A stretch of 64,000 nt of DNA from Minisyncoccota bacterium (GCA_041659205.1 JBAZYS010000004.1:587-64586); one strand, 5' to 3'; shown: positions 46,216 to 57,245, numbered from the stretch's first letter. Program-made: numbers and translations. The notes: generated by a model not told the origin, from the sequence alone.

Positions 46216-47304
46216 ATGTCTTTTTTAAATCCTGTCAGAAATTTTTATAGTCGCTATGAGCGCCCCATCTCATCTTTTTCGCTTGTTCTTGGATTCGTTT
46301 TTGATGCAGTAACTCTTAAGCGAGTGGATACACTTTGGGAAAATATATGGATTTTAGCTCACCTTATAGTTATTGGTGTTTTTATTACTCTTATTCATTT
46401 GAAGGAAAACGATGAAGGCGGAGAAAATAATCCTGAAAAAGCTCATTTTTGGTATGTGAATATATTACAGTTTTTCTTCGGAGGAATCATATCCACCTAT
46501 TTAGTTTTTTATTTTAGAAGTTCAGATTTTTTTTCAACTTGGCCATTCCTCATTTTGCTTACAATAGCGTTTATTGCCAATGAATCATTCAAAAGGCATT
46601 ACATTAAATTAAGTTTCCAAATTAGTTTATTCTTTTTATCTATTTACTCATTTGCAATTTTTCTAGTCCCAGTGTTGATGCATGACATAGGTGTCAGCAC
46701 ATTTCTTATTTCCGGATTTGCTAGTTTAATTTTTATAGCATTATTTCTCTTGATTTTATTTTATTTCATCAAGGACAAGTTTACAGAAAGCAAAAAATTA
46801 ATCATATCTTTAATTCTCGGTATTTTTGCTTTAGTGAATTTTTTGTATTTTACGAATTTAATCCCTCCGATACCTCTTTCGTTAAAAGATGGAGGAATAT
46901 ATCATTCAGTCCAAAAAAATTCTGATGGAAATTATGATGTTACCTACGAAAATTATGGCTGGAGAGGATATTTGAAATTATATCAAAGTTTTAATATGAC
47001 GGCTGGAGAGCCAGTTTATGCTTTCAGCGCAATTTTTTCACCAAAAAATCTCAACCTCACAATACTTCATGAATGGCAACACTACGACGAAATGCAGAAC
47101 AAATGGACAAATGAAAGAATAATAAATTTACCAGTAGTCGGAGGAAGGGATGGTGGCTTTAGAACATACTCAATGCGTTCAAATATTGCACCCGGAAAAT
47201 GGCGCGTAAATATCAAAACCACACAAGGCCAAACTATTGGTCAACTAAGATTTAATATTAGACTTGCCGATACATATCCATTGCTAAGTGACATGGTAAA
47301 ATAA
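46216..47304 (+). CDS. polytopic membrane protein with C-terminal extracellular domain, hypothetical
   Basis: 6-7 TM then soluble C-terminal domain. Confidence 0.4.
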   Translation: MSFLNPVRNFYSRYERPISSFSLVLGFVFDAVTLKRVDTLWENIWILAHLIVIGVFITLIHLKENDEGGENNPEKAHFWYVNILQFFFGGIISTYLVFYFRSSDFFSTWPFLILLTIAFIANESFKRHYIKLSFQISLFFLSIYSFAIFLVPVLMHDIGVSTFLISGFASLIFIALFLLILFYFIKDKFTESKKLIISLILGIFALVNFLYFTNLIPPIPLSLKDGGIYHSVQKNSDGNYDVTYENYGWRGYLKLYQSFNMTAGEPVYAFSAIFSPKNLNLTILHEWQHYDEMQNKWTNERIINLPVVGGRDGGFRTYSMRSNIAPGKWRVNIKTTQGQTIGQLRFNIRLADTYPLLSDMVK

Positions 47305-47315
47305 TTTAATACAAT

Positions 47316-49172
47316 ATGTTTATTAAATCTGTTTTAAAAGAAAAAAGTCTGACCCTTGTGATAACTCTCGTGAGTATTTTATCTATAGTTTTATATATTT
47401 TTTTATATTTAAATGGGAAAGATGAATTAGGAAAAGAAATATTAAAATGGGTGCTTTTCCTCGGCTCAATACCAATATGGTTTAACTTAATTAAAGAAAT
47501 AATTAAAAAAAATCTAGGAGTCGATCTGATCGCGAGTGTCGCATTGTTTGCTACATTCTTTTTCGGTCAATATTTAGCTGGACTCATAATTCTTCTTATG
47601 CTCTCAGGGGGAGAAGCACTTGAGAGCTATGCATTCTTTCGTGCACGCCGAGACTTATCTCTATTGCTTTCTAGAGCACCAAACAAAGCTCATTTAACTG
47701 ATGGAAAAACTATTACAGATGTTCCAATAGAAGAAGTACAAATAGGACAAAAAGTAATAGTTAAACCCGGAGAAGTAATCCCCATCGATGGAATAGTCGA
47801 AGAAGGAAATACTTATGTCGACGAATCAACTCTATCTGGAGAGAGCAATCCTGTACAAAAAAGTGAAGGATCATTCGTATACTCTGGAACAGTAAATCAA
47901 AACAGTACAATGACGCTCCTGGTCACGAAGCTCGCTAGTGAGAGCTCTTATGCACACATAGTAAAACTGGTACAAGAAGCAGAACAAAGTCGTGCACCAA
48001 TGATAAGACTCGCAGACCGTTATAGTATTTATTTTACTATTACTACATTTATATTCGCTGCTGGTACATGGTTTCTGACACATGACATTGTTCGGATGCT
48101 CGCCGTGCTCGTGGTAGCCACACCCTGCCCACTCATATTGGCTACTCCTATCGCAATAATTTCAGGCATGAGCAAGATAACAAAACATGGAATAATAGTG
48201 AAGAATGGTGGAGCATTAGAAAAGCTCGCCGAAGCGCGAAGTTTCGTTTTTGATAAAACAGGAACAGTGACAATAGGCACACCACAGATAGATAGAGTTT
48301 TCTCTTATGAAGGGGATGAGGACAAGCTCGTACGCATCGCTGGGTCACTCGACCAGCTCTCAGCCCACGTACTCGCAGAAGCCATGGTAACTGAAGCAGA
48401 AAAAAGAAAATTAAAACTTTCATTTCCTACAGATTTTAAAGAAGAATTCGGTGGTGGAGTCGAAGGAAACGTGGATGGTGTAAAATATATCTTTGGAAAA
48501 TTATCTTATGTAAAGAAATTTATACCCGAGCTTCCAGGAGATATTGAAAAGACTTTAGAAGAATTTAAAAATGAGGGAAAATCTGTCGTCTTCTTAGCGC
48601 ATGAAAAAAGTGTGATGGGTTATATCGTCCTCGATGACAAACTTCGCAGTGATTCACATGAACTTTTCGATGAATTACGCAAGGACGGCATTCAGAGAAT
48701 TATTTTACTCTCTGGCGACAAGCAAAGTGTCGCAGATAGAATAGGGACGGCACTTAATATAAAAGAAGTTTATTCGGAGTGTTTACCGGAAGACAAATTG
48801 CGAATAATAAAAGAAATACCAGCTACAGACAGGCCTTGTGTCATGGTGGGTGATGGTATCAATGATGCTCCGGCACTGGCTCAAGCCGAAGTAGGCATTG
48901 CTTTAGGCTCAAAAGGAAAGACAGCATCAAGCGAGAGCGCCGATATGGTGATATTAGGCGAAGGCATAAATCGTATTCATGATGTTTATCATATAGCTCA
49001 AAAGACCATCAATGTAGCCAAACAAGGTATCTTTATCGGTATTGGATTAAGCGTAGGCGCAATGATATTAGGAAGTGTAGGAATCATCTCACCACTTGCA
49101 GGAGCCTTGATCCAAGAGGTGATAGACCTGATAGTCATCATAAACGCACTGCGCGTGTCACAAATAGTCTAA
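47316..49172 (+). CDS. P1B-type heavy-metal-translocating ATPase with a TPCP transmembrane motif (P1B-5-like), no N-terminal metal-binding domain
   Basis: DKTGTVT phosphorylation site, GDGINDAPAL hinge, TM6 motif VATPCPLILATP, 618 aa, no HMA domain. Confidence 0.8.
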   Translation: MFIKSVLKEKSLTLVITLVSILSIVLYIFLYLNGKDELGKEILKWVLFLGSIPIWFNLIKEIIKKNLGVDLIASVALFATFFFGQYLAGLIILLMLSGGEALESYAFFRARRDLSLLLSRAPNKAHLTDGKTITDVPIEEVQIGQKVIVKPGEVIPIDGIVEEGNTYVDESTLSGESNPVQKSEGSFVYSGTVNQNSTMTLLVTKLASESSYAHIVKLVQEAEQSRAPMIRLADRYSIYFTITTFIFAAGTWFLTHDIVRMLAVLVVATPCPLILATPIAIISGMSKITKHGIIVKNGGALEKLAEARSFVFDKTGTVTIGTPQIDRVFSYEGDEDKLVRIAGSLDQLSAHVLAEAMVTEAEKRKLKLSFPTDFKEEFGGGVEGNVDGVKYIFGKLSYVKKFIPELPGDIEKTLEEFKNEGKSVVFLAHEKSVMGYIVLDDKLRSDSHELFDELRKDGIQRIILLSGDKQSVADRIGTALNIKEVYSECLPEDKLRIIKEIPATDRPCVMVGDGINDAPALAQAEVGIALGSKGKTASSESADMVILGEGINRIHDVYHIAQKTINVAKQGIFIGIGLSVGAMILGSVGIISPLAGALIQEVIDLIVIINALRVSQIV

Positions 49173-49174
49173 AA

Positions 49175-49741
49175 TTACGAGCTAAATTCTTCCATTAATT
49201 TTTCTGCACTTTGCCCTGTGTAGAGTATGGTTTTTAAGTTGGGGCATTTTTTGAAATCAAGATCTTCAAAAAACATGGTTCTATTGTCTACAAAAAATAC
49301 TTTTTCATTTTTATTGTCATCACAAATTTCTTCAATTGTTTCTTTTTTAGAACCTGGGACTATATAAATTTTCTTAAATAAATTTCCAATACCACTATAT
49401 TTTATTTTATCTTGATTAAATTCATGTTCACCGTTTGTTATTATATAGCAATTATCTTTTCCAAATTTTTCTACTAATCTAATAAGCGGAACATTCATAA
49501 ATTTTGAACACTCTGTCATTATTGTTTCATAAGTTTCATCTGCATCTAATTTTACATTGCAACGATTAAAAAGAGTTTTTATAAAATCTCTCAAAGAAAA
49601 TTCTTTTACACGAACTTCCAAATAATATTCCCTAGCTTTATCTTCTGGCACCCCAGCTTCAGAAATAGCCTTAAATATACGTGCTTTGAGTTGCACTGTA
49701 TTATTAAACAAAACATCATCAAAATCAAAAATGTACTTCAT
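49175..49741 (-). CDS. HAD-family hydrolase
   Basis: Motif I IFDFDDVL. Motif IV-like VFFVDNR. Confidence 0.55.
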   Translation of the reverse strand: MKYIFDFDDVLFNNTVQLKARIFKAISEAGVPEDKAREYYLEVRVKEFSLRDFIKTLFNRCNVKLDADETYETIMTECSKFMNVPLIRLVEKFGKDNCYIITNGEHEFNQDKIKYSGIGNLFKKIYIVPGSKKETIEEICDDNKNEKVFFVDNRTMFFEDLDFKKCPNLKTILYTGQSAEKLMEEFSS

Positions 49742-50721
49742 TTGTTTATTATTTCTTTTATGCAGTTAGCTAATTTTTCAGAATCGTGACGGATGAACCC
49801 TTTAGTGCTGGGTATAACATCAGCAGCCGCTCTTTCGAAAAATACATGTGAGAGCAGGGGAGCTCTGACGACTCTGTCGTCCTTGAAATCATCTTCGATG
49901 AGCACTCCATCACCTTCTTCTAATTTATAACGTTCTACTTGCTCAAGGGATGGCTCTTCATTGTTAACTAAAATTACATCGACTAATTTACCGAGATATT
50001 TCTCTACATCATTTACATAATTACTTACTTTAAAGCTCGTAGTATGACCTAATTTATTTGTGAGGTTAATAGGCAGAATAATTTTTGCTTTACTTTCTAT
50101 GATAGCCTCCTTGAAACCACTCACGATCAAATTCGGAACAAGAGAACAGTAATAATTCCCGGGGCCGAGAATAACATAATCAGCTTTTAATAGAGCCTCT
50201 TTCGCATGTTCGTTTAATTCTACGTTGTCTTTATAAAAAATCTTATCAATGCCAACATCTTGCAGATTTGAATGATTAATTTCATTTTCTCCTTCAATTA
50301 ATTTTCCATTGGAAAGTAATATAGATAATTCTGCTTTATTGCTCGTTATGGGTATCACGACACCATTTACTTTCAGAATTCCTGATGCTACCTCAACCCC
50401 CTCAATAAAATTTCCAGTTACTTTCTCCAGAGCAGCGAGGAAAATATTACCAAAGTTATGCCCTTTTAAAGTACCTTCACTAAACCTATAATTCATAAGC
50501 TTACGTACTATGTCAGTATGTTCACTTAGGGCTACTAAACACTGCCGGACATCTCCAGGCGGGAGAACACCGAGTTCATCTCGAAGTACTCCAGTAGATC
50601 CGCCATCATCAGCCATCGAAACAAGTGCCGACAAAGAAACATCGGGGATGTGTTTGAGCCCTGAGAGAACAGTGTAGCTACCCGTACCCCCGCCAATTGT
50701 TACAATATTTTTCACTATCAC
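49738..50721 (-). CDS. gluconeogenesis factor YvcK / CofD-like (UPF0052) family protein
   Basis: IVTIGGGTGSYTVLSGLK N-terminus. PGNYYCSLVPNL-type central motif. Confidence 0.8.
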   Translation of the reverse strand: MIVKNIVTIGGGTGSYTVLSGLKHIPDVSLSALVSMADDGGSTGVLRDELGVLPPGDVRQCLVALSEHTDIVRKLMNYRFSEGTLKGHNFGNIFLAALEKVTGNFIEGVEVASGILKVNGVVIPITSNKAELSILLSNGKLIEGENEINHSNLQDVGIDKIFYKDNVELNEHAKEALLKADYVILGPGNYYCSLVPNLIVSGFKEAIIESKAKIILPINLTNKLGHTTSFKVSNYVNDVEKYLGKLVDVILVNNEEPSLEQVERYKLEEGDGVLIEDDFKDDRVVRAPLLSHVFFERAAADVIPSTKGFIRHDSEKLANCIKEIINK

Positions 50722-50751
50722 AGTATAACAAAAATAGTGTATACTTTAAAT

Positions 50752-51822
50752 ATGAGAATCATAGATGATATAAAATTAGATTATCAAGATGTATTACTTC
50801 GGCCCAAAAGGAGCACACTAAAATCCAGGAAAGATGTGATCCTAGAGAGGACTTTTTCTTTTTATCATTCTCCGAAGAAGTGGACTGGCATTCCCATAAT
50901 GACTGCGAACATGGCCACATGCGGAACTTTCGAAATGGCTAAAATACTTTCCAAGTATAAAATGATTACAACTTTTCATAAATATTATTCTGTTAAGGAT
51001 TATGAGAAATTTTTTAAAACTTTTAATGACCCAGACTTTATTGCATACACCTCTGGAATACGTGAACAAGATATCAAACAATTAAAACTTATGAAAGACA
51101 AAGGACTGCTTGAAAAGTTCTCTTTCATTTGCCTTGATGTACCAAATGGCTATTTACAGCATTTTCTCGAGACAATAAAAAATGTTAGGAAGATGTGTCC
51201 GAAACATATCATCATCGCCGGGAATGTGGCAACCAATGAAATTACTGAGGAAATCATTTTAGCAGGTGCAGATATTGTAAAGATTGGCATAGGCCCAGGC
51301 TCTGCATGCACCACGAGGAAAATGACAGGCGTAGGATACCCACAACTCTCTGCCGTCATAGAATGCGCAGACTCTGCTCACGGCATAGCAAATGGTATGA
51401 GCGTAGGCAGGATAATAGCCGATGGGGGACAACAATATCCTTCAGACATTGCGAAGGCTTTCTGCGGAGGTGCAGATTTTAATTTATTCGGATCAATGTT
51501 TTCAGGTTTTGAGCAAAGTGGAGGAAAAACTATTACAAAAAATGGTCAAAAATTTAAGGAATACTTCGGCTCCTCATCAAACAAAGCCATGGAGGATTTT
51601 TATGGTAAAAAGGATGCTCACAGAGCGAGCGAAGGCAGATATACCCTTATTCCTCACAAAGGAGACATACATGTTTTCATTCAGGACATGCTGGGCTCAC
51701 TAAGAAGCACAGCCACCTATATAGGAGCAAGACAGTTAAAAGAATTTCCCCAAAGAGCTACTTTTATAAAAGTAAGTAGACAGCTAACTTCTTACCTTGA
51801 GAAATATGATATGGGAAAATAA
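50752..51822 (+). CDS. guaC: GMP reductase (IMPDH/GMPR family). The track starts at GTG 50737, and ATG 50752 (MRIIDD) matches GuaC N-termini.
   Basis: MRIIDDIKLDYQDVLLRPKRSTLKSRKDV...PIMTANMATCGTFEMA closely parallels enterobacterial GuaC. Catalytic Cys in IGPGSACTTR. Confidence 0.8.
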   Translation: MRIIDDIKLDYQDVLLRPKRSTLKSRKDVILERTFSFYHSPKKWTGIPIMTANMATCGTFEMAKILSKYKMITTFHKYYSVKDYEKFFKTFNDPDFIAYTSGIREQDIKQLKLMKDKGLLEKFSFICLDVPNGYLQHFLETIKNVRKMCPKHIIIAGNVATNEITEEIILAGADIVKIGIGPGSACTTRKMTGVGYPQLSAVIECADSAHGIANGMSVGRIIADGGQQYPSDIAKAFCGGADFNLFGSMFSGFEQSGGKTITKNGQKFKEYFGSSSNKAMEDFYGKKDAHRASEGRYTLIPHKGDIHVFIQDMLGSLRSTATYIGARQLKEFPQRATFIKVSRQLTSYLEKYDMGK

Positions 51823-52681
51823 TCTTATGACTAAAAGAAATATTGGAATAATATTGTTATTATTATTTTTTCTATTACCATTTAATTTAGTAAATGCGCA
51901 GAGTTCCAATGCTGGTTTTGTCCCAGGAAATATTTGGTATTCTAAAGACCCATTTGAAGAAGGGGATAAAGTACAAATATATACAGTCGTTTTTAACCCT
52001 GAAAAAAGAGAACTCTCAGGTACGATAGTTTTCTTTGATAATAACGTTTTTCTAGGGAAAAAGGACTTCGTAGCTGAAGCAAAAGGTGTTAAAGATATCT
52101 ATATTGACTGGACTGTAAATGTCGGGAATCATAGCATTTTCGCTAAAATTGAAAACGCCAAATTTCTAGTTTCAAAAGGGAAGTATGAAGAAGTATTCTT
52201 AGCAGAAAATGAGACAAGCAAAAGCTCACGTACGGTTAGTAAAAAAATAACTACCGGGATCGACGATGCCGGGTCAAAAATTAATTCTGTTGTAGATACT
52301 GTCGGCACCCTTAGCTCTGAGTCAGTGGGTAATATAAAAAAAATTATAGGAGAAAATACGCCAAATTTTATTTCTGAGCCTGTAGTCTCAACTACAAACA
52401 TTGTAGAAAAATTTCGCACTGATGTTGGTCTAAGCTCGGAAAATAAAAAAGTTGAAATTAACAATCAAATAAAATCACTAGATACAAGCAAGAGTGATGC
52501 CTCAAATACTTCTCCGACAAAAACAGCTGAACCTAATGTATTATTAAAACCATTCAAATATGCTGAACTTTTCTTCTTCACCCTCCTCGCATTTATTGTA
52601 AATAATCCATTTATCTTTTATGGATTTATCATTGCAATTATATTTTATATTTTACGCATGATTTGGCGTTTAATTTTCTAA
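51797..52681 (+). CDS. secreted, C-terminally membrane-anchored hypothetical protein
   Basis: Signal peptide, Ser/Thr-rich middle, C-terminal TM. Confidence 0.4.
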   Translation: MRNMIWENNLMTKRNIGIILLLLFFLLPFNLVNAQSSNAGFVPGNIWYSKDPFEEGDKVQIYTVVFNPEKRELSGTIVFFDNNVFLGKKDFVAEAKGVKDIYIDWTVNVGNHSIFAKIENAKFLVSKGKYEEVFLAENETSKSSRTVSKKITTGIDDAGSKINSVVDTVGTLSSESVGNIKKIIGENTPNFISEPVVSTTNIVEKFRTDVGLSSENKKVEINNQIKSLDTSKSDASNTSPTKTAEPNVLLKPFKYAELFFFTLLAFIVNNPFIFYGFIIAIIFYILRMIWRLIF

Positions 52682-52724
52682 ATAATGAATTTGTATTTTG
52701 ACCCAAAGCGTGTAATATAAGAAT

Positions 52725-52988
52725 ATGTTACCTAGAATACTTGCATCTATCGTCTTACTATTTTCAGTATTATTTATGCCTTTTTGGGTGTCAGTCATTT
52801 TCGCCCTCTGTGCAATGTTGTATTTTTCTCTATTCTGGGAGGCAGTTGTAATATTTCTATTATCTGACTTACTTTATGGAATAAAGGAAACAAAAAGTTT
52901 CCATGCAATCTTTATTTCATTCACTGTCACATTAATATTTTTAATATTAATTGAAATAATAAAGAAAAAAGTAAAGTTCTACAATTAA
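52725..52988 (+). CDS. small membrane protein (3 TM)
   Basis: Hydrophobicity. Confidence 0.35.
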   Translation: MLPRILASIVLLFSVLFMPFWVSVIFALCAMLYFSLFWEAVVIFLLSDLLYGIKETKSFHAIFISFTVTLIFLILIEIIKKKVKFYN

Positions 52989-54682
52989 TGATAAAAAAAT
53001 TATTAAAAAAAAATAACTTGAAACTCAAAAATTCGTTTGTCGAGCCTGACGAGATTTTTCTAGATTCAAAAAATTTGCAAAACTTTGACCGTCAACAATT
53101 TGAGGGACGAATAGAAAAACCAATCCCGAAGAAAACGATAATACTTTTGGGTATGTTATTTTTATTTTTTTCTACTATCTTTGGCTCTCGCCTTGTTTAC
53201 CTTCAGATACACAATGGTGCTACTTATTACAAAAGAAGCCAAAACAATGTCCTAGAGAAAGCGATCATCTTTACTGATAGGGGAATTATTTATGACCGCA
53301 ATAAAGTAGAAATGACCTGGAATAAAAAAACGGAAGAGGCTCCTTTGCCCACTCGAGCATACTTATCTCCTGGATTTTCTCATATTTTAGGATACGTGAG
53401 TTACCCTTCAGTTGATAGTTCTGGAAATTATTGGCAAGGAGAATTTATTGGCAAGGATGGCCTCGAAAAGCAATACAATAATGAATTAAAAGGAGAAAAT
53501 GGAGCAAAAATAATAGAAACTGATGCTCTCGGCAAGGTATATTCTGAAAATATCGTAAATACCCCCAAGCAGGGTACTGATCTTTATACAAGCATAGATT
53601 CAAAAGTGCAGAAACAATTATTCATTTTAATTAGAGATTTATCCGAAAGCAAAACCTTTACCGGCGGAGCGGGGATAATAATGGACATCAAGAATGGTGA
53701 ACTATTAACTTCTACAAGTTATCCTGAATATAATTCAGAAGTTCTTTCTTTTGGAAAAGATTCTGTGCAAATTAATAAATACTTAACTGATAAAAGAAAA
53801 GTTTTCTTGGACAGAGACATTTCTGGACTCTATACTCCAGGGTCAATCGTTAAACCATTTTTTGCTCTAGGGGCACTTACTGAAGGTGTGATTGATCCAT
53901 TTAAAAAAATACTTTCAACTGGCTCAATCTCAATTCCAAACCCATATTTTCCTGACCAAAAAACTGTTTTCAAAGACTGGCGAGTAAATGGTTGGACAAA
54001 TATGATGGAAGCACTTGCCGTCTCATCCGATGTTTATTTTTATGAAGTTGGAGGGGGATTTGAGGGCCAGAAGGGACTCGGAATAGCGAACATTGAAAAA
54101 TATGCCAACTTATTTGGCTTCGGCGAAAAAACGGGAATTGATTTACCTGATGAGAAAAAGGGAACTATTCCTAGTCCAGAATGGAAATTAAAAAACTTTA
54201 AAAATGATCCTTGGCGCATTGGAGACACTTATCATACGGCAATTGGTCAATATGGTTTTCAGGTAACTCCAATGGAAATGGTTCGCGCAGCAGGAGCTAT
54301 AGCAAATAATGGAAAATTATTAACCCCTCATTTAATTTTAGGAGATACGGAAAAAGAAAATCAATTTACAACAGTTGATTTAAAAAATGAATATTTTAAT
54401 ACTGTACATAAGGGTATGCGACTCGCAGTAACTATGGGAACAGCTGCATCACTCAATGTGCCTTATGTAGAAGTCGCTGCGAAAACTGGTACAGCTCAGC
54501 TTGGTGTCGCTAAAAACAAGGTGAACTCTTGGATCATTGGATTTTTCCCTTATGAAAATCCTCGATACTCTTTTGCAATAATGATGGAAGCTGGACCAAA
54601 TACGAACAGCGTCGGTGCTTCATCTATTGCTCGTGGTTTATTTGACTGGATGTCCATAAATACACCTGAATATTTCAAGTAA
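52988..54682 (+). CDS. penicillin-binding protein 2-type peptidoglycan D,D-transpeptidase
   Basis: N-terminal TM. SxxK (GSIVKPF), SxN (SSD), KTG (KTGTAQ). Confidence 0.85.
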   Translation: MIKKLLKKNNLKLKNSFVEPDEIFLDSKNLQNFDRQQFEGRIEKPIPKKTIILLGMLFLFFSTIFGSRLVYLQIHNGATYYKRSQNNVLEKAIIFTDRGIIYDRNKVEMTWNKKTEEAPLPTRAYLSPGFSHILGYVSYPSVDSSGNYWQGEFIGKDGLEKQYNNELKGENGAKIIETDALGKVYSENIVNTPKQGTDLYTSIDSKVQKQLFILIRDLSESKTFTGGAGIIMDIKNGELLTSTSYPEYNSEVLSFGKDSVQINKYLTDKRKVFLDRDISGLYTPGSIVKPFFALGALTEGVIDPFKKILSTGSISIPNPYFPDQKTVFKDWRVNGWTNMMEALAVSSDVYFYEVGGGFEGQKGLGIANIEKYANLFGFGEKTGIDLPDEKKGTIPSPEWKLKNFKNDPWRIGDTYHTAIGQYGFQVTPMEMVRAAGAIANNGKLLTPHLILGDTEKENQFTTVDLKNEYFNTVHKGMRLAVTMGTAASLNVPYVEVAAKTGTAQLGVAKNKVNSWIIGFFPYENPRYSFAIMMEAGPNTNSVGASSIARGLFDWMSINTPEYFK

Positions 54683-54732
54683 AAACGCAAATTAAGGGGT
54701 AAAATACTATCCACCCGTTATGCACTTTTTTT

Positions 54733-54761
54733 TTGACAAAATTTCTACTATGTTGTAGTAT
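54733..54761 (+). promoter_or_regulatory. candidate sigma70 promoter for the 54838 gene
   Basis: TTGACA, 17 nt, TAGTAT. Confidence 0.35.
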
Positions 54762-54837
54762 TAATGAATATAAAATAATTTTAGACAAACCGGTCCTTTG
54801 CCTTAAAAAAGTAAATTAACATAAATCTTTTATAGTT

Positions 54838-57072
54838 ATGAATAAACTGTCTTTTAAGAAAATTCTCGTATTATTAACAACCCCGCTATTTTTAGTTGGT
54901 GGTTTTTTTGTAGCGAATGTGTTTGCAGGTGTAGCACAAGTCATCACTAGCCCTGCTACTTCTATAACTACAAATGATGCAGCACTTAATGGTATTAATG
55001 GACCTAGTGATGCTACCGGGCATTCGTTTTGGGTTTCTCTAGCAACTTTTGATACCTCAAGCCCAACAATTCCAGCTGGCGTGTATTCTACACCTGACCT
55101 GGGAGCGATCTCTGCAGATACTTCTTTCTCTGCCACTCTTTCATCTATTACAACTTCTGGTGTCCCTGGAAATCTTCCTGCGATAACACCAAATACAACA
55201 TATTATTTCGTGGCATGGTCTCTTGTTGGGGGAACATGGTATCCTGGCGCAATATTATCTTTCAACACAGACCCAATTCCAACACCAGACTGCAATGGGA
55301 GTAGTTTTGATAGTTTTACTTTGGGCTCAGTAAATGGTCAAGGTGGATGGGGAGTAACTGGTTCATACGATCAAGCTGTTGTTGCTAACACTTTTAGTTA
55401 TCCAACCTTCGGTTGCCAAACCCTTAGAATATCAGACTCTGTAACCAGTGGTTCATTCGGTGACCAAATTTTTGCTAATCCTGAAGTTAATGGTGCAGGG
55501 GAAACAGACTCTACTGCAGCTGGTTTTTCAATAGGAACACTTCAAAATCATTTCGAAGCTCAGTTTGATATTGCGTCTACGGTGCAAAGTTATCAACCTG
55601 GTATGCATATGTCAATTTCTCCAGATCGTGGAGATGGATCACGAATGAGTTACCTAAGATTAGAAGATTCTACTGATGGTATAAATGTTTTCTTTGATGA
55701 TGTTCAAAGTGAAAATGCTGGTTTTCAGGCAGCTAACTTTGTCGAAACTCAAGTTGCAAGTAACCTAAATCGTTCAGTACCTCATACTTTTAAATTTGTT
55801 ATGGATTTTCATGATGGTTCTTCCAACGATATAGTGAAGGTCTACATAGATGGCTCTCTTGTCCACACTGGTACAAGTTGGGAAAATTATTATCGTTTTG
55901 ACACTGAAGCATCAGCTGAACAGACCCCTAGAATCGTAAAGACAGTATTGTTCCGCGAAAGTGGAGCAAACACTCCAGCAGATGCTGGTAACGGATTTTT
56001 AATTGATAATTATTCTATTTCTTCTTCAATCCTTAATCCAAATCCTACTACATTAGCTGCTACTGATGATCACGTAGATGATGCAACGATAAACGGAACA
56101 AATGGTGGATATGATGCAGCGGGGCATTCATTCTGGGTTTCATTGGCTCCATTTTCTACAGTAAGCCCAACAATTCCAGCTGATGTTTATTCTACACCTG
56201 ATCTTGGTGCTATTTCTGCTGGAGCTCCTTTCTCTGCCACACTTTCATCTGTTACAACTACAGGTGTTCCAACGAATCTTCCTCCAATAACTTCAAGCAC
56301 AAGATATTATTTCGTTGCTTGGTCTCTAGTAAATGGTACATGGTATCCAGGAGAAATGTTAAGTGTAGATACAGTCACACCTTTTGAAAATCCTCCTGCG
56401 CCAGTAGTTCATATTTCAGCCTTACCTTTGACTCTCACAGAAGGTGGCACAACAGTTATCACATACACAACAGAAAATATTGACGGTTGTACTAAAGCAG
56501 GAGACTGGTCTGGATCAACTGAAGGCTCTGGTTCTGACACAGTAGGTCCACTTTCTGCTGGTACTTATACTTATACACTTAACTGTAATGGTATTCCTGG
56601 CACGCACAGAGGTGCAAGTGGAAGTGTTACGGTCACTGTCACTTCTATTCCTCGCGGAGGCGGAGGATCAAATACTTATGGTACACCTCCATCCACTCCG
56701 CCTGTAGTTGGCGAAGTGCTAGGTGCTTCAACAGGACCAGACCAAAGAGAAATAGGAGGATGTGACATGAGAACAACTGGATTTAGTATAACTACTGGAG
56801 AGTCATGCATAAATAATATTCCGCATAGCGATGGAAAAGTTCTAGGTGCGGAAACATTCCAATTTTATAGAACACTAAAATATGGTATGACAGGGGATGA
56901 TGTATTAGAGCTTCATAAAAAACTCACAGTCTTAGGATATTATAAAGGTCCTATTGATGATGGATTTGGTTATATTCTAGAAGCAGCAATAAAAGCATTT
57001 CAAAAGGCAAATCCTCCATTAAAAATGGATGGAATTGTAGGTCCGGAAACTAGAGAAATACTTAATAAATAA
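54838..57072 (+). CDS. large secreted protein with two ~100-aa internal repeats and a C-terminal peptidoglycan-binding (PG_binding_1-like) domain
   Basis: Signal peptide. Repeated ...GHSFWVSLA.F.T.SPTIPA.VYSTPDLGAISA...YYFVAWSLV.GTWYPG... C-terminal LELHKKLTVLGYYKGPIDDGFG...DGIVGPETR. Confidence 0.7.
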   Translation: MNKLSFKKILVLLTTPLFLVGGFFVANVFAGVAQVITSPATSITTNDAALNGINGPSDATGHSFWVSLATFDTSSPTIPAGVYSTPDLGAISADTSFSATLSSITTSGVPGNLPAITPNTTYYFVAWSLVGGTWYPGAILSFNTDPIPTPDCNGSSFDSFTLGSVNGQGGWGVTGSYDQAVVANTFSYPTFGCQTLRISDSVTSGSFGDQIFANPEVNGAGETDSTAAGFSIGTLQNHFEAQFDIASTVQSYQPGMHMSISPDRGDGSRMSYLRLEDSTDGINVFFDDVQSENAGFQAANFVETQVASNLNRSVPHTFKFVMDFHDGSSNDIVKVYIDGSLVHTGTSWENYYRFDTEASAEQTPRIVKTVLFRESGANTPADAGNGFLIDNYSISSSILNPNPTTLAATDDHVDDATINGTNGGYDAAGHSFWVSLAPFSTVSPTIPADVYSTPDLGAISAGAPFSATLSSVTTTGVPTNLPPITSSTRYYFVAWSLVNGTWYPGEMLSVDTVTPFENPPAPVVHISALPLTLTEGGTTVITYTTENIDGCTKAGDWSGSTEGSGSDTVGPLSAGTYTYTLNCNGIPGTHRGASGSVTVTVTSIPRGGGGSNTYGTPPSTPPVVGEVLGASTGPDQREIGGCDMRTTGFSITTGESCINNIPHSDGKVLGAETFQFYRTLKYGMTGDDVLELHKKLTVLGYYKGPIDDGFGYILEAAIKAFQKANPPLKMDGIVGPETREILNK

Positions 57073-57090
57073 TTTTTTAAAAACAAATTC

Positions 57091-57118
57091 CCCACTAAAT
57101 ATGTGGGTTTTGTTTTAA
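57091..57118 (+). terminator. Rho-independent terminator
   Basis: CCCAC-taaatat-GTGGG then TTTTGTTTT. Confidence 0.6.
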
Positions 57119-57245
57119 CTGGTTGCATATTTAGTTATATACACATTATGCACTTATTACCTTGACACCTTCTTTTTTTTATTATAAAAATAAGATTAAG
57201 TTTTAAAATTATTAACAATAATATTAGTAATATAAATAGAAATAT

